Origin: Octopus sinensis
Taxonomy: Eukaryota
NCBI RefSeq assembly: GCF_006345805.1
Contig: NC_043001.1
Location: forward strand, 70,618,001 to 70,682,000
DNA length: 64,000 nucleotides
Reading direction: 5' to 3'
The notes below the pieces were generated by a model that was not told the origin of the DNA, did not search any database, and saw nothing but the letters and a program-made list of their open reading frames with translations. Shown piece after piece: positions 53,061 through 64,000 of the stretch (positions are counted from its first letter, which is position 1; every line of letters begins with the position of its first letter). The translations under genes and the position numbers were made by a program.

Positions 53061-53342
53061 AATTCTCTTTTAAATTCTCACTTTTAAATTCTCCCATAAA
53101 TCTAAGTGCAAGCTTAACTCCGCCTCTCCCGCCCCAACACACGCATACGTAGCGCCTAACTATATGCCTCCATGGTCTTAGTCACATACCATCGTATATC
53201 TTCTCTATCGTTATTAATACCTTAGTTAACAACTGTTAATTCCCTCATTCCTAACTACTAGTTCTTTACTTCATTTTTTTAAAAAACTTAACGTCACAGA
53301 TGCCCTAAATTTTTATTCCTATATAATCTAATTTAACAGGTA

Positions 53343-53722
53343 AATGGTTTTCCAATAACCACATGGTTCCAGGTTCAGTCCCATTGCGTCGCACCTTGGG
53401 AAAGTGTCTTCTACTATAGCCTCGGGCCGACCAAAGCCTTGTGAGTGGATTTGATAGACGGAAACAGAAAGAAGCCTGTCGTATATATTTATATATACGT
53501 GTGTATGTGCAAGTGTTTGTGTATCTGTGTTTGTTCCCTCGACATCGCTTGACAACCGATGCTGGTGTGTTTACGTCCCTGTAACTTAGCGGTTCAGCAA
53601 AAGAGAACGATAGCATAAGTACTAGGTTTACAAAGAATAAGTTCTGGGATCTATTTGCTCGATTAAAGGTAGTGCCCCAGTATGGCCGCAGTCAAATGAC
53701 TGAAACAAGTAAAAGAAAAAAG
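53343..53722 (+). mobile_element. SINE family A, near full length (second 5' half follows at 53777-53935)
   Basis: ccacatggttccaggttcagtccc B-box-like head, microsatellite middle, aaatgactgaaacaagtaaaag tail. Confidence 0.88.
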
Positions 53723-54445
53723 AATATATATAATATGTGTGTGTGTGTGTTTGTGTGTTTAGGGTGTTTGTGTCTGTGAGGCTGTGTGATAAGAAGCTTC
53801 CTTCCCAAACACATGGTTCCAGGTTCGGTCCCACTACATGGCACCTTGGGCAAATATATTCTACTATAGCCTCGGGCCACCAGAAGCCTTCTGATGGGAT
53901 GTCATGGGCAGAAACTGAAAGAAACCCCTGGTATATCTGTGTCTGTGTCCGTGTGTGTGTGTGTGAAGATCTAGTGAAATTGATTCACAGAATCTTCATT
54001 TTTTAAAAGGAAGTGAAAAATCTGAAAATCTTTTATATTGACGTAGTTTTCCACTCATTGCTCTGAAGCCGTGATCTTGTGGAGAAAAAATTCGAGGAGT
54101 CAGCTTGTATCATCTTACAGTTTCTTTCGTCTCTTCATTGATTTCTACAGTTTTTTTAATGTTTTATTATGTTTTTAATTTGTTATATTAATATATTTGT
54201 CTGCATGCTTTTACTTTATGCGCATTTCAGTATTATGTATACCTGTCATATATTTGTGTACATCGTTAATATATAAGTGCATGTTGATGTAGGTATTCAT
54301 ATATAAGTTTATAAGCATATTTATGCATTCATATGCATGTGCGTGTGTGTGAAAAGGGGGCATCTGTTCCCAAAACTCTAAAGTTGAATAACGTTTCCAT
54401 GCTTGGATTTGTAAACTACGATAAGAATAACACCGGTTAAGAAAG

Positions 54446-54661
54446 AATTTGTCCCACGAAAAAGAATACCACTATCTTATATGGTTTTGCATGCAGAATT
54501 CAAAAATAATGTCAAATTATTTGTATTACACCAGTGAAAAAGAAAAACAAAACGCGGTTGAAATGAATCTCGTGGTGTGAAGAAGGAATACAGTGCAATG
54601 TGCGGCACAGATGCGGTGAAGTGAAACACAACACAACGTGCGGTTGACATGGTAACAAGCT
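54446..54661 (+). repeat. ~216-bp interspersed repeat, near-identical copy at 59387-59603
   Basis: About 6 differences by eye, same orientation. Confidence 0.85.
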
Positions 54662-54912
54662 GTTAATGCCTCGCTGTCTGTTAATTGGCTAAAATTACCC
54701 AAATTTCCCAAATTTAATTCCAAATAGCATCAGATTCTCTAATTTACGAGATAAAGTAATTGGTCGATCGTAATCAAAATTAAGAGTTGCATCGATACAC
54801 CAAAATTGAAAGCGATCTGAGCAAAATTAAAAGGGATTGATTTTGTGAATCAATTTAACTTGATACTCTGTGCGTGTATGTGTGTGTGCGTGCGTCTGTT
54901 TGTCTGTATATA

Positions 54913-55043
54913 TATAAATACAGTGTACATTTAAGCGCATAAGAGGTAACCATCATAGGAAACCAAGTACGCTAGAAGGGATAGCGTGCTAAGTTTCCTA
55001 TGATGGTTACGTCTTATGTGTTTAAATGTACACTGTATTTATA
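54913..55043. mobile_element. 131-bp near-perfect hairpin, Tc1/mariner-type MITE-like (TA|CAGTG...CACTG|TA)
   Basis: 51-bp outer arms with 3 non-WC pairs, inner 9-bp stem, 7-nt loop. Confidence 0.75.
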
Positions 55044-55223
55044 TAATATATAGTCTATTGAGTAATTTTTCTACACGCTAGGCCACTGGTAGTAAGTATT
55101 TCTAAATTTTTTTCTTACTATGATTTTATATATATATATGTATATATATATATATGTATATATATATGTATATATATATGTATATATATATATGTATATA
55201 TATATATGTATATATATATATGT

Positions 55224-55758
55224 TAGACCGCTGGTGGCAAAATAGTTTCTGCTGAATTTTTTGCTACCCTATATTGATTAATTATGAATTTTCTGTTTAA
55301 TTCCGAAATGGAATCGGCAACTTATATTTGCTGCCGATAAATTTGGCGCGAGTACGATGAGTTCGAAAATTTTAGGTCAGATATTGCCGAAGCGGTAATG
55401 TTGCTGCCTCGTGTAATTTCTCTCCCTCCTGGCTTTCTTTACTGATGAATTTGTTGGCCTATGGAAGATTGACTTGATTTAATTTAATCAGGCTGATTTA
55501 CCATTAAAAAACGATGAAACAATGTATTGTCTAAAGATGAACGAGGTAAATGTTTTTTTAATTTTCTCCTGGTTTACGGAATTACTACTATTTTGCGGTT
55601 GAAGCCTTGGCTGTTATTTCTAGTGGGTTGAACGGCCTATTATGGCCGTTCCTTAATTTATTGTTGAATTTATTAATAGTCTCTGACTATTTCCTTTTTC
55701 TCACTAGACCGCTGGTGGCATAATAATTTCTGCTGAATTTTTTGCTACCCTATATTGA

Positions 55759-55764
<6 letters not shown>
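55224..55764 (+). repeat. Diverged relative of the 475-bp hammerhead unit, 1.1 copies (481-bp period, ~60-bp terminal redundancy)
   Basis: tagaccgctggtggc at 55224 and 55705; colinear with the 25k unit; older remnant at 55051-55128. Confidence 0.9.
55436..55537 (+). ncRNA. Type I hammerhead ribozyme, predicted cleavage GUC after 55531
   Basis: Stem I UCUUUA/UAAAGA; CUGAUGA; long stem II insert; GAA-ACAAUGUAUUGU-C. Confidence 0.82.
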
Positions 55765-55801
<37 letters not shown>

Positions 55802-56085
55802 TCAGTAACAATAAATGGTGAAATTAATTAATTTGGAATAATTATCAATTACACCAAGTAGATTTCGGCATGTAAAAGCCTCATTCGAGGAAAATTTAAG
55901 TAATACTAAGCAATTAAGGGTTTAGCAACGAATTGCCTCACCAACACACCGAATTTAGAAATAGCAGTCAAAGAGATATAGCTATTCCTCAGGGAGATCT
56001 CAGTAAGAACACAGCACTTGAAAGGCAAACACAGACAGGTAAGAAAGAATGAAATGACGGCAATCTATCATACAATTTTAAGTTA

Positions 56086-56177
56086 CCTACGGACGTACGT
56101 TTCGAAATCAAGTTTTAGGAAAGCATAAGAATTAGAAAATTCTACCTTACCCAAACTTCTTTTCTCATCGGCGTAGG
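56086..56177 (-). ncRNA. Type I hammerhead (U4C core variant), GUC site
   Basis: CCUACG-CCGAUGA-GAAA...UUUC-GAA-ACGUACGU-C-CGUAGG. Confidence 0.8.
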
Positions 56178-56669
56178 ATACTACAATTATGAATAATTGT
56201 ATATTAAATTTTGAGATACTAGAAGGCATCATCTCAACTCAGTGTCAGAGCGAGCCAAAACATTACCAGTACCACGAAATTCAAAGTGTGAATGAAAGTT
56301 TGTGTCACCAGCCCCCTTCCACCCGCGTGTAGCCAAGACAAGATGCTGTGGTCATTTACTGGGATAAAATATGGTTATCAGTAACAATAAAGGGTGAAAT
56401 TAATTAATTTGGAATAATTATCAATTACACCAAGTAGATTTCGGCATGTAAAAGCCTCATTCGAGGAAAATTTAAGTAATACTAAGCAATTAAGGGTTTA
56501 GCAACGAATTGCCTCACCAACACACCGAATTTAGAAATAGCAGTCAAAGAGATATAGCTATTCCTTCTACTAAAAGGGAGATCTCAGTAAGAACACAGCA
56601 CTTGAAAGGCAAACACAGACAGGTAAGAAAGAATGAAATGACGGCAATCTATCATACAATTTTAAGTTA

Positions 56670-56761
56670 CCTACGGACGTACGTTTCGAAATCAAGTTTT
56701 AGGAAAGCATAAGAATTAGAAAATTCTACCTTACCCAAACTTCTTTTCTCATCGGCGTAGG
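56670..56761 (-). ncRNA. Type I hammerhead (U4C core variant), GUC site
   Basis: Identical motif 584 bp away. Confidence 0.8.
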
Positions 56762-56923
56762 ATACTACAATTATGAATAAACAATTTGTTACCGAAATGC
56801 ATTGCGAATAAGCCCGCCATTTTCATAGATATGTAAAGATAAACATTCGTACATGCTACGACGAATTCTACGGTTGGCTATCGGGTTTGTAACGTTATGT
56901 TTTTTCTTATATATCTTGAGTTT

Positions 56924-56987
56924 GTTGCACTGATGAACATAGAATGCATATTCTGCATTAATTGCGAAATCACAGGTGATATGTAAC
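56924..56987 (+). ncRNA. Type I hammerhead in a fourth unit family (56781-57225), AUA site after 56981
   Basis: GUUGCA/UGUAAC stem I; CUGAUGA; AAUGCA-UAUUC-UGCAUU in stem II; GAA-AUCAC(AG)GUGAU-A. Confidence 0.7.
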
Positions 56988-57221
56988 TAAATTATATTTT
57001 TTAATTACTTGCTTTGAAGTTTTGCATTCGGTAAAATTTTGTTTATTTTAGTAGTTTTGACCGCATTGGTCCCTCTTAGCGTGTTGTATCTACGAATAGT
57101 AGTACCCTGAATATAATATAAATAAATATTTTCAAAGTGGAAAAATTTACGGATTTTTTCTCTTACGAGGTTTTTCACGCTAACTACTGATAATTTCTTA
57201 TAAAGATTTTATCCTCAATTG

Positions 57222-57290
<69 letters not shown>

Positions 57291-57299
57291 GAAATGAAG

Positions 57300-57588
57300 A
57301 AAATGCTGACAAAATAATTTAAGTAAGGGAGAGTGTATTTAATAGGTGAAAGTTCTTTTTACCGGTTGCGCATTTGTTATGCTTATCAAAAGATATTTTT
57401 TAAGAGAGATAGAGTTCCTTTCTGATAGATTTTTTCTCTTATCAGATAGGAGAATAAATCTATCAGAAAGGAACTCTCTCGCTCTTAAAAAAATATCTTT
57501 TGATAAGCATAACAAATGCGCAACTGGTAAAAAGAACTTCACCTAGTAAATACACTCTCACTTACTTAAATTATTTTGTCAGCATTTT
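57300..57588. repeat. ~290-bp near-perfect palindrome (fold-back element)
   Basis: Arms ~140 bp, loop ~3 nt near 57443; mirrored ORFs 57339-57542 (-) and 57346-57546 (+). Confidence 0.9.
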
Positions 57589-57778
57589 GTATGTAACTTC
57601 TAGCACCTTAGCTCATATCAATTGGAAATAACAAATAGAGATAACTCTGAACAGACTCAGAGCCGTACCTTTAGCTAAGTGACATTGAACAACATGGACT
57701 GATTTGCGCCATTGAAGCTACAAATGCGACTGGGAATCTGACAGTGGACAATATTGGACTAATTTTTACGTTGATGAC

Positions 57779-58190
57779 AAGCTGGCACAATCGTTAGCAC
57801 ACCGAGCGAGCTACTATAATCGTTAGCACGCCGGGCGAAATGGTTAGCGGTATTTCATCTGCCGCTACGTTCTGAGTTCAAATTCTGCCGAGGTCGACTT
57901 TGCCTTTCATCCTTTCGGGGTCGATAAATTAAGTACCAGTTACGCACTTGGGTCGATATAATCGACTTAATCCGTTTGTCTGTCCTTGTTTGTCCTCTCT
58001 GTGTTTAGCCCCTTGTGGATAGTAAAGAAATAGGTCTTTCGTCTGCCGTTACGTCCTGAACTCAAATCCCGCGGAGGTCGACATTGCTCTTCATTCATCC
58101 GGGTTCGATTAAATGAATACCAGATACGCACTGAGTTCAATGTAATCGACTTAATCCCTTCGTCTGTCCAAGTTTGTCCCCTCTATGTTG
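57779..58190 (+). mobile_element. SINE family B full copy with duplicated head (57779-58034) plus a second partial copy (58035-58190)
   Basis: aatcgttagcac twice, gagttcaaattc B-box, gccccttgtgg tail. Confidence 0.85.
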
Positions 58191-58335
58191 AGATGTATTT
58201 ATTCCACAAGAGAGCATTTTTTTCTCCACGGTAATCGCATTGAACTTGCTTTTAGAAGTTGAAATATGACAAACATATTTTAACTAACTTAGTGTTCGCT
58301 TACGCCCAAACATCCCTAGGCTCGGATACTGCTGA

Positions 58336-58368
<33 letters not shown>

Positions 58369-58403
58369 ATATATATACATACATATACATATATACATGT
58401 ATG

Positions 58404-58470
<67 letters not shown>

Positions 58471-58521
58471 CTATATCTATATATATATATATATATACAT
58501 ATATATGTATATATGTATATA

Positions 58522-58620
<99 letters not shown>

Positions 58621-58651
58621 GTATATATGTGTGTGTGTATATATATATATA

Positions 58652-59225
58652 CACGAGCTAAACGCCCCCGTCCAACGGACGGTGCTGAATTGTCAAATAT
58701 TTAAACCCAATTTTCTCAAAACAACTTGTCCAACAGCCCCATAGCCCCTCAACCCTTTGAGAAACACTGATTTAACCTAAATTTGAGACACCAGCAAAAG
58801 AAGAAATAAAGATAGAAATTTAAGGCAAAAAAGAAAACTTCTTGAGAATTTAAATTGTCTTTCCTTCCTTCATGCCAAGTTTGAAGAAAATATCTCTTTT
58901 GAATCTTACTTTTTGGACCTCTTAAATATACTGCATTGTGTGGCATTATTTGAAGCCAGCATGCTTTTTTTGCAAAAACTGCACTTGCATTTTTCTTGCG
59001 TATGCGTAGTATCGATCGCAACAGCTGATGTACTTGCGCGTACAAATGCACGTTCCCACGGCTTTATCGATCGCATTCTCACCTGGAAACGATTTTTGTA
59101 ATTCAAGACTTATACACGCCCTGATACCGTCAGTAACTACATATCAAATTTGAGCGCAATCGGATGGCGCTGCCCGAGATCCTAGACGACACACAGACAG
59201 ACAAAACGGATTTTATCTAATATAT
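58652..59225 (-). mobile_element. Non-autonomous Helitron-like element
   Basis: Minus strand ends in the hairpin CCGTCC-GTT-GGACGG followed by ...CTCGT; start region resembles other Helitron 5' ends here. Confidence 0.5.
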
Positions 59226-59275
59226 TTATATATATATATATATATATATATAATTTGTCCCAAGAAAAAGAATAC

Positions 59276-59391
<116 letters not shown>

Positions 59392-59604
59392 GTCCCGCGA
59401 AAAAGAATACCGCTATCTTATATGATTTTGAATGCAGAATTCAAAAATAATGTCAAATTATCTGTATTACACCAGTGAAAAAGAAAAACAAAACGCGGTT
59501 GAAATGAATCTCGTGGTGTGAAGAAGGAATACAGTGCAATGTGCGGCACAGATGCGGGTGAAGTGAAACACAACACAACGTGCGGTTGACATGGTAACAA
59601 GCTC

Positions 59605-59636
<32 letters not shown>

Positions 59637-59768
59637 TGTATGTATGTATGTATGTATGCATGTATGGATGTATGTATATATGTATATATATATATATATG
59701 TGCATATATATATATATATACATATACATACATACATACATACATACATACATACATACATACATACA

Positions 59769-59802
<34 letters not shown>

Positions 59803-59815
59803 CATACATACGTAC
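59605..59815. repeat. (TATG)n followed by (CATA)n: self-complementary compound microsatellite
   Basis: Direct inspection. Confidence 0.9.
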
Positions 59816-61794
59816 ACACACTTGTAGAGTAGCCTGTGGCTGCCGGGAAATTTTCACAAAAGACTGTCTTTTTCTCAATTTTGTTTATTCCATGTCTTCT
59901 ACAGAAAGGGACACAGAAAAAAACAAGGAGAGAAAAAATATGTGTAATGGCTAACGATCTATCATGGCGACATATATACATACTTCATCCGATTGATAGG
60001 CGTCTTGATCAGGACGGATTTCTGCTGTATTTGGTACAATTTACAAGGTCTAGATTCTTACTTCCTACTATTTAACATCGTAAAGCTAACCGAGCTTTTG
60101 AAGTTGTAAACTGGTAACTGAAAATGTTTGCATTTGTAATTTGATAGTCATGGCATAAGTAAGTCTGACTGGAAACTGTAGTCGTTTGAATTGAAATGGG
60201 CCAGAGACTTTTGTGTGTTGATCATCTAATCAATACATTTTATACTAAAACGTTTCCTGAGACCGTGAGATGTGGGCACGTGTATGCATAACATCAAGTC
60301 TCTTCCTTCTCTGTTCGGGTGTCTCCTGAGCTCGCCACTGATGCTTTGTGAGGCTCTTTCCGCTTTGTCACCGTAATGAAATTCCTTATATACATGCATA
60401 CACAGACACACACTGATACTCACATATATAAACATATCACAATCAGTGTGAATGATATGCATATATAGAGAAAGAGTGAGAGAGTTGGTGGTAAAGACAA
60501 ATATATATAGAGAGAGGAAGTTTACAATAAGAAATGTAATGAGAGAGAGAGAGAGAGTAGGATAAGAATATATAATCATACCCTTAAAATGACGCCTTTC
60601 TAAAAACATTCCATTGTGATGACCTGGAAGTAATGTTATTTCTCGTAGAAAATGATATTTTTTGATTACTAATAAACAAAAACCTTCTCTTTGGGACGCA
60701 GATGCCAAAAATGAAATCTATTTTCTCCAAGAAGCATCAGTTCGGAGCATTTCAGGTACATGCACATATAGCTAGACGCGTACAATCTCTTTTATATGTA
60801 ATTTTATAGAGCTGTCCTTTCAACCTGGTGGACAAAATATCGCTATTTCTCTGGTCTATACAACTTGGATGCCAAGGTTAACATTATCGCCTTTATAAAT
60901 ATATGCTATTGAAGGTCTATGCTGCATTAATTACTTCATTATTCTATGATGCACTTGCTGTTTATCTCGCCAGATGATTTAGTAGTGGGAAGTAGAAAGG
61001 ATTCATTGTGAGACTTATTTTAGAATTTCAACAAACGCAGCTTAATCTTGTTTCGTATTCAAAAGAATAAATTGCTAAGGAGATGGAAGGAATAACTTTG
61101 GAATAGATTTGGTGAATGATAGTTTAATAGATGATAGGAAATACCATTTCTTTCATTGATTATTTGGTATTGTATAGTTTTGGTACATTACTTCAGTCTT
61201 GCAAATATATAGACCATCAGAGTTATGCAGTGCTTTTTACTGAAAATGTACAAATGCTATGTGGTTGTTGCTATCGCCGTTTAAATTCGTGTCAGTTCTA
61301 ATTGAGCAAACCTAGAGTGGAGAAAGTTTTTCCATACGTGACCATTATTTTATGTATTCAGACTTAGCTTATCTAAAGCTACACTATCCAGTCCTTCATT
61401 CATTAACATAACAGTGTATGATTCGAAAGGGATTTTACTTCAATTCCGAACGGCGATTTAGATTCTTCGTCTTTGGTTACAATTACCGCACTTAATATTT
61501 AACTGAAATGTTGGTGGTGATTCATCAGATGCTTTTTTTATATATATTCAGTCACTGTGCAGATAAGTATTCATGTGTTTGGCATCCACGCTAATCACAA
61601 CTAATGTATAAGTAACAGTAATTTATCTAATTGCAATTATAAGTATAAGTATAAATGTATAAGTAACAATAATTTACCTAATTGCAATTATCCGATGAAA
61701 CTCCAAGTACGGATACCATTAAATCCACCTTTCTTTTCTTCCCTCGGTTTAATCATTCCGCTCTTTAAACATTCACACACATTACACACACACA

Positions 61795-61841
<47 letters not shown>

Positions 61842-62034
61842 GTGTGTACCTCAGCTGTACAATACAAATTTTTGTTCAATCAAAGACAATTCACACCACT
61901 TCACAAGGTGTCTGTTCTATGGAACACAATACAAAATATATCCAATCCAACGGTGTCGACAGTATGGAACTGCCAGAGTATACATGAGTATACACGTAAA
62001 GAGAAGAAGATAGGAAAATAATTGCACGAGTTTG

Positions 62035-62119
62035 GTAACTTTTTCTTTATACCCTGCTTTAACTAAGGCAGAATTATAAATTCTGCCTTAGTTAAAGCAG
62101 GGTATAAAGAAAAAGTTAC
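62035..62119. repeat. Perfect 41-bp inverted repeat with 3-nt loop
   Basis: GTAACTTTTTCTTTATACCCTGCTTTAACTAAGGCAGAATT-ATA-exact reverse complement. Confidence 0.95.
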
Positions 62120-62715
62120 ATACATTGATTCTGCTCAATCTCATCCTTCATCTACTGTTCAAGACAAGAAATCTAGTTGTAATAAGAAGTATGATTTTAA
62201 TTCTAATATTGTAAACAGCACAAAACATAATAAAATTCCTTTACGGGTTAAGGGGATCAAGCATTATTTAAGCCCATTTTTTTAAGTCTAGAGGAATTTC
62301 ACCGTTCTTTAAAGATAGTACCACTTATAATTTGATTGTTACTAGGAAAACTGTCTAGTTTGTTATTCCGTAAGAAAAACAAATTAAATCTAATCTTCCT
62401 TTGTAGTTCCATGAAGTGGTTGGTAAGAACTTTCCAAAAAATTCTAGATATTACGGAGATGTACTTGCATAGCAAGTGATTTGGTCTGAGATCGTGTGCT
62501 GAAACGAAAACAATAGCAGCGTGGAAGGTGTTTCTAAGCCATTTAAGAAACACACAAAAGCCTACACATTAACCCGTTGTTTCTACCTTTGAAAAGGTCG
62601 CTATATCCTTGTTACTTGCGTGAATTTTGCTACCCTGGAAACTATTTATTGAATTTTCCATGTTAACGGTAAACAAAGGATAATACATTCATCCATTTAT
62701 ATATATATATATATG

Positions 62716-62778
<63 letters not shown>

Positions 62779-62939
62779 TATACACATATATATACACATA
62801 CGTATATGTATGTATACATACAAACACACACATATATATGTGTGTGCCTGTGTGTGTGTGCATGCATGTGGCATGTGTATATATATGCATGTATATATAT
62901 ATATATATAATATATATATATATATACATATACACACAC

Positions 62940-63005
<66 letters not shown>

Positions 63006-63564
63006 ATACACTGATAGAAATGCTGTTATTCACATGTTGCCAGCGATTGAATATTGCTCGAGAATGGTCGGTCATATAGTACAATATACTCTGTGCATAT
63101 ATTTGTATTTTTAAAATTTAAAGCGATTAACATCTACAATATAGATGAAATTGTTAAAGTATGATTAATATCATTACAAGTAACTTCATCACCTTCCGTA
63201 GCGACACATTTCTCGTATTTCTTGTTCTATTTCAACTGATGAAAAAGAATGTAAATTTCAGAATATATTTCTTGAATACCTCTAATTCTATTATGTTATG
63301 CCATTTTATATCTTGAAATTTTAATTTCCGATAGTTTGAAAAATGACCTAGTCCTATGAAAGAGTGAAAACTAATATGCTCGATGACATGAGAGGTAAGA
63401 GTTGTTTCCGATGTTATTTGCACTAAACTTTGTTCTCTTTAAAATCGATCTGACAATATTTAAAACGAAAACAACGACAAAGCTATTAGGTTGTCAAGAA
63501 CGTTCTTGCGGTTTTTAACCTTTAAATTCAGATGCACATATCTCGGCTCAAACAAAACTTTATT

Positions 63565-64000
63565 AATCGAAATGAACACCATCAGAATCAACACACTTTT
63601 GCTAACGCGAAAGAAGTTTATTTATGCCAGTAGCGTAAAAATTCTGCGTTCCAGCGGCGATGAAGTCGTAGAATGGGTGTTTGGCATCGTCTATTTTTAA
63701 GCATTACTCACGCAGGAATTGTCGGGATGCTTGAAAAAGTGGTAGTCAGTAGGGGAGAGGTTTGGTGCGTAAGAGGGATGAGGCAGAGTTTCCTAGCCCA
63801 ATTTGTTCAGCTTCTGCAGCGTCAGTTGTGCGGCGTGCAGTCGAGTGTTGTCGTGGAGAAGAATTGGTCATTTTCTATTGACCAATACTGGCTGTTGTTG
63901 TCGGAGTTTCTTGTGCATTTCCTTGATTTGCTGACAGTACTTCTCCACCGTAATGGTTTCGCCTGAATCCAAAAAGCAGTGATGGCTGAGACAGGCCGCA
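63565..64000 (-). mobile_element. mariner (DD34D) transposase 3' part, runs off the window
   Basis: GETITVEKYCQQI..MH.KL....P.LVNRK*PILLHDNTR.H...LG*ETLPHPSYAPNLSPTDYHFFKH...YATGINKLLSR. Confidence 0.9.

Larger units (their letters stand above)
55798..56780 (-). repeat. Hammerhead-bearing 576/584-bp unit, 1.7 tandem copies
   Basis: gttatcagtaac at 55798 and 56374; copies differ by one substitution and one 8-nt indel region. Confidence 0.92.

Noticed and set aside
55863-55887. Second hammerhead-like string in the 584 unit (CGAAUGA-GGC..GCC-GAAA, minus strand)
   Set aside because: Core lacks U4/G5 and stems I and III do not close.
60690-60870. Plus-strand exon pair giving DAKNEIYFLQEASVRSISELSFQPGGQNIAISLVYTTWMPR
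   Set aside because: Needs a 54-nt intron and a weak second donor; no recognisable homology; opposite strand to the better-supported chain.

Overview
AT-rich eukaryotic (non-prokaryotic) DNA, probably intronic/intergenic cephalopod (Octopus-like) sequence; the species call is my inference from the SINE families and the dense (TA)n/(CA)n/(TATG)n microsatellites. Most ORFs in the track are microsatellite artefacts. Recognisable content: many tRNA-derived SINE copies of three families, a 5'-truncated RTE LINE with a 430-aa RT ORF, older LINE remnants, Penelope-like element (PLE) RT/GIY-YIG remnants, Helitron Rep/Pif1 fragments and non-autonomous Helitrons, Tc1, mariner and maT-type transposase remnants, several fold-back/MITE hairpins, a gag-like zinc-knuckle element with split-repeat geometry, and four phase-compatible candidate exons of an unidentified minus-strand host gene. 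Main result: at least four families of non-coding ~445-584 bp units each carry a type I hammerhead ribozyme that I could fold by hand (24302-25883 with a diverged relative at 55224-55764; 40441-41754; 55798-56780; 56781-57225). Stem I is closed, the core is CUGAUGA or a variant, stem II carries a large structured insertion, stem III is palindromic, and the cleavage triplet is GUA, GUC or AUA. The units occur as head-to-tail multimers with divergent inverted junctions, share a related 3'-terminal module and abut (TA)n tracts. They look like a retrozyme/PLE-dependent, possibly circRNA-producing system. Ribozyme activity, expression and novelty are untested; folds are manual, not computed. No CRISPR, rRNA or true tRNA genes were seen.
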